This document shows positions 43,401 through 53,945 of a stretch of DNA of 56,909 bases, piece by piece. Position 1 is the first letter of the stretch. Every line of letters starts with the position of its first letter. The position numbers and the translations under genes are program-made. Below the pieces are notes generated by a model that saw only the letters and a program-made list of their open reading frames with translations, was not told the origin of the DNA and did no database searches. Source of the stretch: a virus (taxonomy: Duplodnaviria; Caudoviricetes); IMG/VR virus record IMGVR_UViG_3300043416_000094, positions 1 to 56,909 of that record; one strand, 5' to 3'.

Positions 43401-46277
43401 TTGTTCGGCAGCTACTACCTGTGCCCATGCTTCTGGAACGGTTGGTGCCCACGCATAGGCTTCGTTTAGGGTTTGGTTGTAGTCAAGGTCTCTACGATCC
43501 AAGTACGCAGCTACTTGCATACCTAATTCTTCAGCTTCAGTTATAGGAGTAATACCTAACTCCGCAAGAACCTCCTCATTTTGCGCAGGCTGTTCTTCTG
43601 CCAAAGTTTGAGCACGTTCACTTTCCTCGGCTTGTAGTCTAACTGCGCGAGTTTCGTTTGAAACAGACCAGTGCTTGCGATCCTGTTTGCTACGAATCGA
43701 GTGATCTTCTTTGATGGCAGCTTGCAACTTACTAACAGCATCGCCAGAATCAATATCGTCTTGGCTAACATAACCATCTTGGGCAAGCAGTGTAGCCATA
43801 TCGTCAATACCGACGCCGTTGCTGGAAAACAAATCTCCTACACCGGGAATCTTTTCGTTACCTTCAACTCCGGTATCTGAGCGTTCGGTAAGCGCAAGAC
43901 CACCATTTTTAATGATGGCAGTGATCAAATCATCTTTGTTAACGTCAATACGCTTGCGTTGAGCATTGCGTTTGCCAACCAACTCATTGGCTTGTTTTTT
44001 TCGTTCGCTAACAACTTGCTGTACAAGCGTGTAGCCATTACCATTTTTTGCTTTGACAACTTTGAATCTACCTTGGCCCGCACGTTTTAGCTGGTTAGCT
44101 GCTTTAATAGCCGCACCTTCATTAGGGTAAGTAGGCTCCGGTTCGGCAGCGGGTATGGATGCTATTTCGCTTTGGGTCGTAACTTGGCTCGGGGCTTGGT
44201 TTTCAATACGTGCTCCGGCAGCTTGCCCTTGGCTTGATATTTCTTCTCCCATTCCTGCGCTAACTTGGGTTCCTTGAGGTGCAGATACCGGCGCTGTGCC
44301 TCCGATTTGAACGGCATTTGATTCTCCTTGAGCTACGGGGGCAGCTACGGGGGCAGCTACGGGGGCAGCTACGGGGGCAGCTACGGGGGCAGCTACGGGG
44401 GCAGCTACGGGGGCAGCTGTTAGTTGTTGCTCGGTTTCTACTTTAGCTACAGCTTCTCTTGCCTTTGTAATAGCGCGTTCCACTTTGCCAAACTTCTTTG
44501 CTTGCACATCAGCAACGTGCATAGCCATACGCTCAGGATCAAACACTCCTTTAGCGTTCAATTCTTCCAGCGCGGACATAATTCTATTGGTGCGCTGACC
44601 CATAACAGAAGCAGTCTGTGCTTTGCGTTGGGCTTTCTTGTCAGCCCGGGTCAACTTAACTTTACCCATTGACTCGGGTTTGAAGGTCAAACCTTCATCG
44701 GCAAGAATCTGCTGCGCTTCCATCATGCGGGTATACAACGGCGAACCAACAACCGGAGGACGGCCAGCTTTTGCTTCACTGCTTGCCAATTGAAGAACGG
44801 CTACTGCATCGCCTTTGTTAGACAGTTCCGGCAAATCTCCAGTGGCAGGGTCGTACGAGCGAGTGTCAAACGTAGGAGCTTCTGCGGTCTGCAACTGGGT
44901 CAGTTCCAACATAGACAACTGACGCTCAAGGCTGGTATCTTTGTCCGTAACGTAAACGCCAGAACCTTCGTTGAACATCTTCTTGTACTCGTTTTCTGTA
45001 CGAGTACGTTGCTTCTGATCTACCGGGGTAATGCCAAGATTGGCATTGATAGACTCGTTAAGCGGACGAGTGCCGTACGTTCCACCAACCGTTTCGATAG
45101 GCTTGGTGCGCAGTGCCTGTTCGTATTGTGCTTGCTCCCGTATCGGAGACAGGTAATTCTGGTAGTCCCTTGACTCCAGTGCGTTGAGCATATCCGCCGG
45201 GGCGTTGGAATTTGGGTCAAGATACCCCTCGGTACGCAATCCGGTAGCCAGATCACGGCGAGCAGACTCTTGGCGCATAGCGCCATAACCACCACGAGCA
45301 CCAAACAACGATCCGGTCATGCCACCTTCAACTGCGGACGCACCTAGCCCCTGACTCCAAGGCTTACCCTCACCGATGTTTTGAAACAACTGTTCGCTGG
45401 GGCTTTGCAGAGCTTCTTCCGCAGTTTCTTTAAACACCGAACGCGGGATAGCGGTAAGCATATTGACCGGACTACCCGCAGCCAACTGCCGTTCCGTAGT
45501 AGATGCTGTTCCCATAACTCGGGCAGCAATTTGACTTTCTAGATCGCCAGCATCGGGCATAAACCGACTTGCGCCACGGGCAATCAATCCTGTAGCAATA
45601 CCTGCCGGTACGCCAACGTACCTTGCAGAAAAATCATTTTCTGGGTTGGCAATAATGCTGGCGGAAGTAGACCCACCGGCCATCAAACCTTCTCCAACGG
45701 CTCCAGCAATAGCAGGATTCTCTAGTGCAGCGGCAGCGCGAGTAAGACCAAGACCTCTAGCGCCAAGCTGCGCACCTTTGGCCAAGTATCCACCACCAAA
45801 CATTTGTGGAATGGCTGCGGCAGCAGTACCAAGAAGCTGCGATGGGTTGGCTGATAGTTGCCTAAAAGCTTCTTTTGCACCTTCTACATTGCCCTGTGCG
45901 CTTGCAGCTTCAATAGCCTGCCGCATTTCCCGTTCTTTTTGAAGCCACTGCTCAGAGTGAAGTTGCTCTCCAAGATACTTAGTGCCTGAATCAATAGCAC
46001 GGGCAACCGGATCGGCAATCAAGTTAACGCCCGGAACCATAGCAGCAAGACCAGCTACTCCGCCCAGACCATAGCCAACACCCTGCACTGCATCGACGGC
46101 AATATTACCTGCTGTACGAAGCGTGGAATCCGGTGCTGGCTGATCTAGGGATAGTCTGTATCTAACTACATTGGGAGTGGTGTTGTTGTTTTTTGCAATA
46201 CGAGAAACTATATCGTCGTCAGAGAACGAACTAAAGTCTGACCCCCACGTTTTGCGAATGTCGGCAATTGATGGCAC
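37446..46277 (-). CDS. Giant internal virion (polyvalent) protein with L,D-transpeptidase-like, zincin-like and PLxRFG motifs
   Basis: 2943 aa; IADK..TPAG..AIHRV..RVSYGCINV; FMHEVGAH; PLKRFG; last gene of the virion arm. Confidence 0.85.
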   Translation of the reverse strand: MPSIADIRKTWGSDFSSFSDDDIVSRIAKNNNTTPNVVRYRLSLDQPAPDSTLRTAGNIAVDAVQGVGYGLGGVAGLAAMVPGVNLIADPVARAIDSGTKYLGEQLHSEQWLQKEREMRQAIEAASAQGNVEGAKEAFRQLSANPSQLLGTAAAAIPQMFGGGYLAKGAQLGARGLGLTRAAAALENPAIAGAVGEGLMAGGSTSASIIANPENDFSARYVGVPAGIATGLIARGASRFMPDAGDLESQIAARVMGTASTTERQLAAGSPVNMLTAIPRSVFKETAEEALQSPSEQLFQNIGEGKPWSQGLGASAVEGGMTGSLFGARGGYGAMRQESARRDLATGLRTEGYLDPNSNAPADMLNALESRDYQNYLSPIREQAQYEQALRTKPIETVGGTYGTRPLNESINANLGITPVDQKQRTRTENEYKKMFNEGSGVYVTDKDTSLERQLSMLELTQLQTAEAPTFDTRSYDPATGDLPELSNKGDAVAVLQLASSEAKAGRPPVVGSPLYTRMMEAQQILADEGLTFKPESMGKVKLTRADKKAQRKAQTASVMGQRTNRIMSALEELNAKGVFDPERMAMHVADVQAKKFGKVERAITKAREAVAKVETEQQLTAAPVAAPVAAPVAAPVAAPVAAPVAAPVAQGESNAVQIGGTAPVSAPQGTQVSAGMGEEISSQGQAAGARIENQAPSQVTTQSEIASIPAAEPEPTYPNEGAAIKAANQLKRAGQGRFKVVKAKNGNGYTLVQQVVSERKKQANELVGKRNAQRKRIDVNKDDLITAIIKNGGLALTERSDTGVEGNEKIPGVGDLFSSNGVGIDDMATLLAQDGYVSQDDIDSGDAVSKLQAAIKEDHSIRSKQDRKHWSVSNETRAVRLQAEESERAQTLAEEQPAQNEEVLAELGITPITEAEELGMQVAAYLDRRDLDYNQTLNEAYAWAPTVPEAWAQVVAAEQEDRNADNEVLALYLNLRSANGNIGEGVRTGRNEDQQAENVSNQESKTGGSAQATQAVSTTEDEIAQAKADISDALAQLADLASKNTRLNMLPVQQKKVLPLLVKLFEGLIKLGYLEFKAALANVRKQLGAADVFPESLYEKAFKEARFQIAAKTTPLTASKIGDVTVNKANSQIVKDMFGGEIKIVKRSAPISSFVAEEQVAPEDIDNDIHREAIEMFLAGESLRGIANSLSAEVTEENATDLFGEVVANPVKKAASHVTWNKILGEYGYSYERKLINDINQAVFGETYTEDKALQEEYDSVLEGSAEMGSSTDEIVDQALESGGVTVRQSMDSGGAVLALDDKQTKKEIDSAVAKLSTKEVDDVTAKVKDLHRDYDQFNNAQRLFLHGRASVGELSAADIKNADEMLRRRRENRLAEQRKFEADSQRRSEAAASIEKELPEVMGGNLDSAHAVAVILINNPDIMKSVWQRFGSPRSALMPDGRVDAELMVNYLMPTKSGKAVPNPAIEGEYSVVPETPHQLAEQLFLTVTDEQVANAKSLTQQAKAAVDTALNSKEKQQATDFYNLEDGYGKATKRAFLNDYAKWLQAGGKVYHELEALFKKLLVSAVSGLMAIAVTVNLMNANPISNADATVPVNKVTVTRTINNPVADFKGVAAAADVRLVADWQTRQSKGNPFMIADKPNGLVYAFDGKGELLAKAPALYGADMGDVKLNPEGTLESTKRGEKITPAGKFAGTFGKDAAYGTSLGFKENKNSWLAIHRVYLGSATEKRGERLATETATDNRVSYGCINVTNEFYDSIIAKNFTGDSTVVVMPETMTVEQMFPEATQGLTESVDVTFGGLNNSASNVSWGSNKYAREEKAAIPNSEQLKASVQDSVLDGSTVDATMKALQEWFFTPQMLKNKVTIVQSYADLPKSVRDKAESDKQRSANIWRTQGLFDGGRAYLIAGNIPVGQERSVFMHEVGAHLGLSTKAENQLASQVKSWATAKSGSLERQIYDATVARMQSAGETSNAELVAYATEEAVNAGVTPGSVSKVGKWLKDLAEFVLAAISSRLSRGKKLTVQDLVDYTYGAAGIALDSDNSPAAKQAKLQYSIGVRDAVSRIAGKQGEMVVDNATHMAKNLVGQLEFLHDLVGRLTPKVPAIGQWYDSLQESIATRGRLEKEAETIAVAANSIKGGTDKVNSFLAKSTFDQKWGYDPKFANRQVVVDPGMAADFAKLTLAEQNVVKSVFAHGEKMSLLKQETLKQLGLTGVLNTGGKLVGPYAPLKRFGNYVAVLKSDALRKAEAAAAQDNNAANRKAVETLKGSSNDYVVSYFDTIGQAKQFAQANDKVNGGSFDMADAFEKSERVNEGRVLPVNVLQKVLSAVSMDSKVPKGARDAMERIVQELYFQALDEQNARTSGLRRLNRAGFDQDMIRSFLSHAKSEAGFISNMKHGKDINDAFIKMQDQAKDQVSGKRVSQDEVNLIAQHYAANLDFKETPWQDRLVAGTSAWQLATSLGYHLTNATQGIMVSIPKLASDFNDYPGAWSALMDGYKLVKQVEMWGNIDLSKVKDVGLRAALQKAADMKILDVGMDEDISQFEKLTTGIEAIDKSSKLARNALHQLRKVSRAVETANRISAAAAGYNMALKANRTTAQAQQYAINLLQTTQGDMSRTGAPLLLKKLPKVVTMYRKFQFMMAALYVKAFNDAFRGADVNTRKIGRRMLAYKLFHTSVAAGAIGWPMMNLAAIVFGMFGGGDEPEDLERYLRETIKDEDLAKLLLYGVPAYLGFNLSGKLGDDKIFSIMPYGEWKFNGTNEIAQTAASLAGPAFSQIGKFGSGIGYIANGDYYKGVEKFMPKGVENALKSFRLGNEGYTLKNGDVMFRPEDISGAALALEAVGIPSSQMTEMNWVRGQQYEIKKFYKDRTTEIEHAYYRAYKDGDSDVMSDLREEWRDLQSGKDNLRQYFNDRPDELKRQPISNLLKYPATAKKREAKLQRGAED
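44331..44414. repeat. Perfect 12-bp tandem repeat x7 encoding (AAPV)7
   Basis: AGCTACGGGGGC x7. Confidence 0.95.
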
Positions 46278-46307
46278 AGTGTTTCCGCCTATATGTATAG
46301 GTATGTT

Positions 46308-48128
<1,821 letters not shown>

Positions 48129-48129
48129 A

Positions 48130-49287
48130 TTAGACCTCTACCATGTCAATGCCGAGCAACGAATAGTTGACCAATGCGTAGCCTCGTGAATCGTAAACAA
48201 CAGCTTCAGGCACAATTGCCTCAACTTCATCAGCCATAACGCCACGGAAACGACGAGAGTCGCCATCAATGTACTCAAACTCGTAGATACCCAAGCCGGT
48301 ATCAGGATCAATGCTTACTTGCTCAATGTTCTTCTTCAATCTGCGGTCAGACCCACCGTACTTCATGTACAACGCTGCACCAGTGCCAATGGCCGAACCA
48401 AGACCTTGCATTCCGGCAGCAGATCGTTGCGCTTCAGCACTGTTGTACTGCGCCAGCATGTTGTTGTAGCTGCCCTGCGCACTGAGTATGTTGCCAAGGC
48501 CACCCATCTGCTGACCGATACCAGTCTGCTGGAAACCAGCGCCTTGCGCCATACCAGTAAGCAGAGCGTTGCCCGGAGCCATAGTGTTTGACACAGCAGA
48601 GTTACCAGCGTTAAGAGTCAACCCATACGCACCTTGCGCAGCACCGGGGAGGTTACGACCAAGACCAGCTGCATCAAGTTGACGTGCCCAGCCAAGGTTA
48701 CGTTGTTGGTTACGCGCACCAGTCATTGCACCAGCTACAGCAGAGGAGTTAGCACCTGCCAACTGTGCTTGCATTGCAGCCATCTTTGCGGGGGAGTACC
48801 CATACCGAAGACCCTGACGCGCCACCATGTTGGCTTGCTGCGCTTGACCGCGACGAGCATCGGCAGCAGCTTGCGCTGCTTGTTCTTCCATACGCTGCGG
48901 AGAACCTTCAGCCGTAGCTTGCGCCACCATCCCTTGTTCTAGCGGACGGAATGTATCAGTCATGTACTTATAGTAATCAGTACCTTGTTGCTCTGACTGC
49001 TTCATCAAAGCAAGCTGCTGGGCAACTACAGGTTCTGCTACGCCACGGTTTATCTCGTACTGACGCTTTGACTCAGCCAACTGTTCACGACCAAGGTCTG
49101 CACCAATCTGTGCAGCTTTTTCAGAGGCAGCGGCTAGCTGCGAATAGTCAGGGGCAGCAGGGGGTGGATTGTCGTTACCGCCAAAGATAAAATCGTTGTA
49201 GACTACCCTATCCCACTTATGCTTGGGAGGGTGATCGGTTGGACAGCCAAGAGGAATATCCCCTGCCGGATTAAGCCGCATACGCAT
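48130..49287 (-). CDS. Internal virion (pilot-like) protein with C-terminal peptidase S74-type chaperone domain
   Basis: AGGAGG RBS; Gln/Ala/Gly-rich body; SDRRLKKNI..GVMADEV..VNYS. Confidence 0.8.
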   Translation of the reverse strand: MRMRLNPAGDIPLGCPTDHPPKHKWDRVVYNDFIFGGNDNPPPAAPDYSQLAAASEKAAQIGADLGREQLAESKRQYEINRGVAEPVVAQQLALMKQSEQQGTDYYKYMTDTFRPLEQGMVAQATAEGSPQRMEEQAAQAAADARRGQAQQANMVARQGLRYGYSPAKMAAMQAQLAGANSSAVAGAMTGARNQQRNLGWARQLDAAGLGRNLPGAAQGAYGLTLNAGNSAVSNTMAPGNALLTGMAQGAGFQQTGIGQQMGGLGNILSAQGSYNNMLAQYNSAEAQRSAAGMQGLGSAIGTGAALYMKYGGSDRRLKKNIEQVSIDPDTGLGIYEFEYIDGDSRRFRGVMADEVEAIVPEAVVYDSRGYALVNYSLLGIDMVEV

Positions 49288-49648
49288 ATTCGCATCCTCC
49301 TGCAAGTTGCTTGGCTGGGGTCATCCCCACCACAGAAACCATTTTTTCTCCGGGACTTCCGGTACGAACTTGTGTCATTGTACAACCTCTGGCTGCTGCC
49401 AAGTTAGCTATAGTAAATAGGCGGTTTTTGGTCGCCCACTTATGCCTCCACTGAGGCAGAATTCCTATGTGGTAATACGGGGTGTTGCAAGCGATTGCGC
49501 CAATGTCTTTACCGTTTAACTGGATAATTACGGCATCCCAAGTCTCTAGTTTAGACAAGAAATCCCCTTCTGTCTCTGGGGTTAAACGATCTCGGTAGGC
49601 TGTGTAGAACACATCTTTGGCGTCCGGGGACTCGACAAACTCGATCAC
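49271..49648 (-). CDS. Putative GNAT-like acetyltransferase in the virion module
   Basis: GTG start overlapping the upstream TGA; HIGILPQWRHKW resembles GNAT motif A. Confidence 0.5.
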   Translation of the reverse strand: MIEFVESPDAKDVFYTAYRDRLTPETEGDFLSKLETWDAVIIQLNGKDIGAIACNTPYYHIGILPQWRHKWATKNRLFTIANLAAARGCTMTQVRTGSPGEKMVSVVGMTPAKQLAGGCEYAYAA

Positions 49649-49833
49649 TGCATAGCCTCTAGAATCTCGTTGATCTTGGCTGCACACGTTGCGGCGGTGG
49701 CAGTTGCGGTATCCAACGGGACAATCTTGCCCTTACGAGCACCCGTAATGATCTCAATGTTCTCTTTGACCGCTATGTTGATGGCAAGTTGGTCAAACTG
49801 AGGGGCTGGGATGGCACGTTTGCGGATTGTCAT
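49645..49833 (-). CDS. Small virion-module protein
   Basis: AVKENIEIITGARKG..AAKINEIL; coupled to both neighbours. Confidence 0.75.
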   Translation of the reverse strand: MTIRKRAIPAPQFDQLAINIAVKENIEIITGARKGKIVPLDTATATAATCAAKINEILEAMQ

Positions 49834-51827
49834 ATTGCTTTCAACCCTGCTGAAGTTTCGGCCATTTTGACGTACAAGACTTGAGCCGTGCCCAGAAGTT
49901 GAATCCTGAACATATCGGCTAACGTACCTGCCGGTAACTTAAAGGTCTCAGTGTCTTGCACCAGATGGGAAACAGCAAGTTCGTCGTCGTAATACAGGTT
50001 AAGCGTAACGTACTCGGTTTCCGGGGTAGACACATCATAGGTGGCTGGCCCCATTCCAACAGCTTTGTAGTTAACATACCACCCGTTAACATTTCCTCTC
50101 GGTATACCGGTGCTGCCGCCGTAAGTTGCTACGATGGTTACGTTAGATGCCGTGTTAGTCGCAAGAGCCGCCAAAATTGCGTTTTCATCGGCAAGGGATA
50201 GCACCCGTTTGATGGCAACTTTAGCAGCGCCCCAATTAATGGGCCTTGGCAGTTCGTATGTCTTGGAAGTCCAGCTGTAAGGAATCCGCAAGCCGCTCTC
50301 AGAGTCAAACTTGTACACGCCGTCCGAAACAAGGTAGTACGCTTCACCGTCGTTAGGGTCTGCGTACAAGGCGTCGCACTGCACAGAAGATGTAGTCAGC
50401 GGAGCACCCTGCTCTAGCAGTTTGAACAGCAGAATTGCCGGTACTTGGCTGGTTGGCTGATACCGAATGAAAACACGGTTTTCAGACAAGGCGCTGATCA
50501 TAGACTCAGGATTGAGCAGTTTCCACTCGACTTCTGTGTAGAAGTCTTTGGTAAAGATAGACGGGCCTGCCTGTCCTATGTACGCAAGGCCAAACGATGT
50601 AGCGTAGAGAACACCGTCTCCTACAGCAACCATGCTTCGTTTAGCTAAACACGGCCAGATAGTGTTAACTTTTTGCAAAGTAGCAGTTGCTGGTTCAACG
50701 CCGTCAGCCATGTACGGGTTAGCGTGAGTAGCGGCTACCACCACCGTGCCGTACGATCTAGTCTGTACTATTGGGTAGTCAGCGCCCAACTGATAGGCAA
50801 TTGGCCAAGCGTGAGCTTGGTAAGGTTCCGAGAAACACAGCAAGTTGTTTACAAACCCAAACGCTGCGCCAGACGGCAGGAATCCTAGACCGCGCAGTCC
50901 TGTAGGCGGGGGAACCCACCCATCCGAAATAAGATCGTCACCCTCAATCTGAGCGTCAGTTAAGGTGTCCGAGTACGTTGTAGCAGTAATGTTATCGGCT
51001 ACTAGCTGGTAAGTTCCAGTAGAACCGGTAGTCCGATACAGACGCCGGTACATGCCAGTGGTGTTCCAGTAAGCTTTACGTGCCCATGAAGTGTATGCGG
51101 AATAGTTGCCGGTTACGGTAAAAGAAGATGTTGTAGGCACGGAAACTACATCTAACGTAACCGAGTTAATTACAACTTGATCTCCTGCCCGAAGCCAATG
51201 CAGTGCGGATGCACTGTTAGTAAATGTGGTGGAAGGGGCCGAGTAGGTAGCCGTACCCGAACCAGTATTGGCCGGAAACGCTTGCATAGCTGTGGTAGAA
51301 CCAATGCTCCACGTACCATCTACTCGTCCAGTAACTTCAGCTGATACGGGGGACGGGGCGGACTCTTCTCCAAGGGCGGTAACAAACGTGTACCGATAGA
51401 AACGGGTCGCTGCCGTACCAGTCCCACCAGCATGAGACACTGAAACAGCAGTTGTAGGTGTTGGAACACCCAGAGCTAGGTCACTAGCAACAGTATTGTA
51501 ATTAGTGTACGTGGTATAGCGTGGTTCACCGTCTCCAGACCAGCAATACCGTCCTTCTACGTCAACAGCCAACGGCACTTTGGCTATATCAATGTCAATA
51601 GTCCAAGTACGCCATATTTCCCCGTTAGTTAGCTCGTTGACCGCACGGTAAGTAGTTATAGGGTTGGTAGCAACAAACGACCGAGCAGAGTACTTGATAG
51701 GGCGTATTTCACCCGAAGTAAGGTTCACGTTAGCGGCATCTGCCGCAGCCCCATCGGGCAACAGACGAGCAGCCGTCCTAGGGTACAAACCCCCAAACGG
51801 CCCAAATTTTATGGCGGAATTAGGCAC
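49830..51827 (-). CDS. Tail nozzle / DNA-stabilisation protein
   Basis: FGGLYPR..LLP..A..A.N..L.SG, LCFSEPY..HAWP and YSWTSK motifs. Confidence 0.75.
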   Translation of the reverse strand: MPNSAIKFGPFGGLYPRTAARLLPDGAAADAANVNLTSGEIRPIKYSARSFVATNPITTYRAVNELTNGEIWRTWTIDIDIAKVPLAVDVEGRYCWSGDGEPRYTTYTNYNTVASDLALGVPTPTTAVSVSHAGGTGTAATRFYRYTFVTALGEESAPSPVSAEVTGRVDGTWSIGSTTAMQAFPANTGSGTATYSAPSTTFTNSASALHWLRAGDQVVINSVTLDVVSVPTTSSFTVTGNYSAYTSWARKAYWNTTGMYRRLYRTTGSTGTYQLVADNITATTYSDTLTDAQIEGDDLISDGWVPPPTGLRGLGFLPSGAAFGFVNNLLCFSEPYQAHAWPIAYQLGADYPIVQTRSYGTVVVAATHANPYMADGVEPATATLQKVNTIWPCLAKRSMVAVGDGVLYATSFGLAYIGQAGPSIFTKDFYTEVEWKLLNPESMISALSENRVFIRYQPTSQVPAILLFKLLEQGAPLTTSSVQCDALYADPNDGEAYYLVSDGVYKFDSESGLRIPYSWTSKTYELPRPINWGAAKVAIKRVLSLADENAILAALATNTASNVTIVATYGGSTGIPRGNVNGWYVNYKAVGMGPATYDVSTPETEYVTLNLYYDDELAVSHLVQDTETFKLPAGTLADMFRIQLLGTAQVLYVKMAETSAGLKAI

Positions 51828-51840
51828 GTATTACTCCAAA

Positions 51841-52353
51841 TTAAGCCAGCATGGTTTCTGCGGCCTTTTCGACCTCAAGCACACGACGCTCCCAACCCTT
51901 GCCAAAGTCAGCCCAAGTGTTCAGTGCTTTCAAGAACTGGAGCCGTTTGGCTTGGTACAGATCAACGATTTCGGCTGGATCGTGGGCTGCAACAGCTTGC
52001 AAAGTACCGTTACCGATCGCTCCGTCTGCTGCTGCCCCAACACACTCTTGAAGCCACTTTGCTGCCCTGCCGGGGCCGGAATTAATGGCGGCGTCGAAAA
52101 CAGCATAGTCTACTCCAGAGGGCAAATTGTCGCCTTTAATTTTGTCCCAGTACGCACGTTTGTACAGGGGCGCTACATCCGCCGGGGTCAACGCCCGCAT
52201 TGCCTTCTCATCCACAGGATGCCCAACGAATTCTTCCCAAACCTTTTTGGTGCAGCCAAGGTTGGTCATGCCGCCCGGATCGGACGGATGGTTCACAAAT
52301 CCACCCTCGTGGTGCAGGACTGCGGCCAGTGCTTTCTCAAAGTTCTCTTTCAT
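51841..52353 (-). CDS. Endolysin, glycoside hydrolase family 108 with peptidoglycan-binding domain
   Basis: HEGGFVNHPSDPGGMTNLG, FDAAINSG, DGAIG..T and FGKGW..R motifs. Confidence 0.93.
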   Translation of the reverse strand: MKENFEKALAAVLHHEGGFVNHPSDPGGMTNLGCTKKVWEEFVGHPVDEKAMRALTPADVAPLYKRAYWDKIKGDNLPSGVDYAVFDAAINSGPGRAAKWLQECVGAAADGAIGNGTLQAVAAHDPAEIVDLYQAKRLQFLKALNTWADFGKGWERRVLEVEKAAETMLA

Positions 52354-52574
52354 TTTTCTATCTTCTCCGTGACTTTTACTGCTGCCAATATTCCGATGAA
52401 CCCGCCAACAATGGTGTTAAACGCCGGGCCAATGATTGGAAAAATGTCGTCATTGTTGACCACGCCGTTGGGCAGGAACAGGCCATAGAGGAACACACCA
52501 ACCATCGACACCATCACCAGCGATAGCGTCACGCTGACCAGAATCGTCACAAAGCAGATCGTCTTCTCTCTCAT
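52350..52574 (-). CDS. Two-TM membrane protein (holin/antiholin candidate)
   Basis: Two TM segments; PAFNTIVGGFIG; directly upstream of the endolysin. Confidence 0.65.
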   Translation of the reverse strand: MREKTICFVTILVSVTLSLVMVSMVGVFLYGLFLPNGVVNNDDIFPIIGPAFNTIVGGFIGILAAVKVTEKIEK

Positions 52575-53008
52575 TGCGGACACCATGACTGTTTGGCGTC
52601 GCCGTAGTACGCACGGGCAAAGCCTTTGTTGATGAGCATGTCGCGCAGACTTACGCGGTCAAGAATCACATCACCCAGCACTCGTCCACCGTACTTATCC
52701 CAAGCATGCAAAGCAACTTCTACTTTCTTGGCTTTAGCAACGGCGGCTTTGGTGAACTCGGTTGCCTCTTTGCCCTTGGCATCTTCTTCAGGACACTTGG
52801 CACGAAACCCTTTTTCAGGCGTATCCACGCCAAAGACGCGAATGGATATTTCCTGTTTAAGTGGTTGGGGCAGGTAGGTTGCTGGGATCACCACGGTATC
52901 TCCGTCGATGACGCGAATGATGGTTGCCTTGTACACCACAGGTTCTACAGCTAACGCAGCTGCAACGTAGGCCAGAGTCAACGCCAGTACTGCAAGCAGT
53001 TGTTTCAT
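52571..53008 (-). CDS. Staphylococcal nuclease (thermonuclease)-family protein with signal peptide
   Basis: RVIDGDTV, IRVFGVDTPE and DKYGGRVLG motifs; N-terminal MKQLLAVLAL...AALA. Confidence 0.9.
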   Translation of the reverse strand: MKQLLAVLALTLAYVAAALAVEPVVYKATIIRVIDGDTVVIPATYLPQPLKQEISIRVFGVDTPEKGFRAKCPEEDAKGKEATEFTKAAVAKAKKVEVALHAWDKYGGRVLGDVILDRVSLRDMLINKGFARAYYGDAKQSWCPQ

Positions 53009-53397
53009 TTCTTGACTCCCATGATCTTCTCAAGGGTGCGGCCACCGAAGTAGAACGACATGATCAGCATGCCCCACTGACCGAGAAGCTGCACGTACTC
53101 CTTGTTCACTTCCACATCCCACGCGGACATCATGCCGAACACGGTGTAGGTAATAAGGATGAAGATCAAGGTCATTGGGCGGATGTTCTTTGACAGCCAC
53201 GAGTCAGAACCCATGTCAGCCTTCAGCCTGTCAGTCAATTCATGTTGCTCACTTACCTCGGCATTCAACAGCGCCAACTCACCGTTCTGCTGCATCTCCA
53301 GCAACTTCAACTTGGCTGCTTCCGCAGCTGCCGGGTCTGGAAACACTTTGTCCAGAATTTTGCTGCCGATGTCGAGTATTGCGCCAAGTGGAAACAT
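53005..53397 (-). CDS. Holin (3TM GTA-type-like)
   Basis: KILDKVFPDP..DSWLSKNIRP..FYFGGRTLEK; start re-called at MFPLG. Confidence 0.8.
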   Translation of the reverse strand: MFPLGAILDIGSKILDKVFPDPAAAEAAKLKLLEMQQNGELALLNAEVSEQHELTDRLKADMGSDSWLSKNIRPMTLIFILITYTVFGMMSAWDVEVNKEYVQLLGQWGMLIMSFYFGGRTLEKIMGVKK

Positions 53398-53398
53398 A

Positions 53399-53932
53399 TC
53401 AACCCCTGTAGTAGATGGCAACAAAGATAAGGATGCCGCCGATACCCAAGAACACAAAGATACCAACCGTCATCAGTAATTCTTCCTGCTCTTGCTTCTT
53501 GCGGTTAGCTCTATCTTTGGCCAACCGTGCCTTGCGTATCTTTTCGCTGTTCTCTGCATCTTGCTCACCGCTGATGCGGTTTCTTTCTTTGCACAACTCT
53601 TCGTACAAATCCATCTCGCCCTTCATGGCGAACATGTCACGCAGCTCCCGCTCAAACTCTTTCATCTGCTTGCGCTGCATCACGATGGTGAATGCTTGGC
53701 TTAGTGCAGACTCTTGCTTTGCAGCCTCTTTCGGGTCTTCCGACTTCGGTTGAGACTTGAGTAATTCTACTTCTTTGGCTGCTTTTTCTATCTGACCTTG
53801 AGCTTTGAAAAACTTGCTCAGGTCGTCGTAGCAATCCTTGATTTCATGGCCAAGATTGATGGCTTCCTTGACGAAGCCAACCGAGGTCTTAGCTAGGGCA
53901 AATGCGGCTCCTATGGTAATTGGATCGAACAT
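53399..53932 (-). CDS. Coiled-coil protein with C-terminal TM helix
   Basis: MFDPITIGAA start; helical body; C-terminal hydrophobic stretch; GAGAGG RBS. Confidence 0.75.
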   Translation of the reverse strand: MFDPITIGAAFALAKTSVGFVKEAINLGHEIKDCYDDLSKFFKAQGQIEKAAKEVELLKSQPKSEDPKEAAKQESALSQAFTIVMQRKQMKEFERELRDMFAMKGEMDLYEELCKERNRISGEQDAENSEKIRKARLAKDRANRKKQEQEELLMTVGIFVFLGIGGILIFVAIYYRG

Positions 53933-53945
53933 TCATAAACCCTCT

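Noticed and set aside
51664-52488. 274-aa + strand ORF across the lysis genes
   Set aside because: Antisense to the well-supported endolysin and nozzle genes; no motif.
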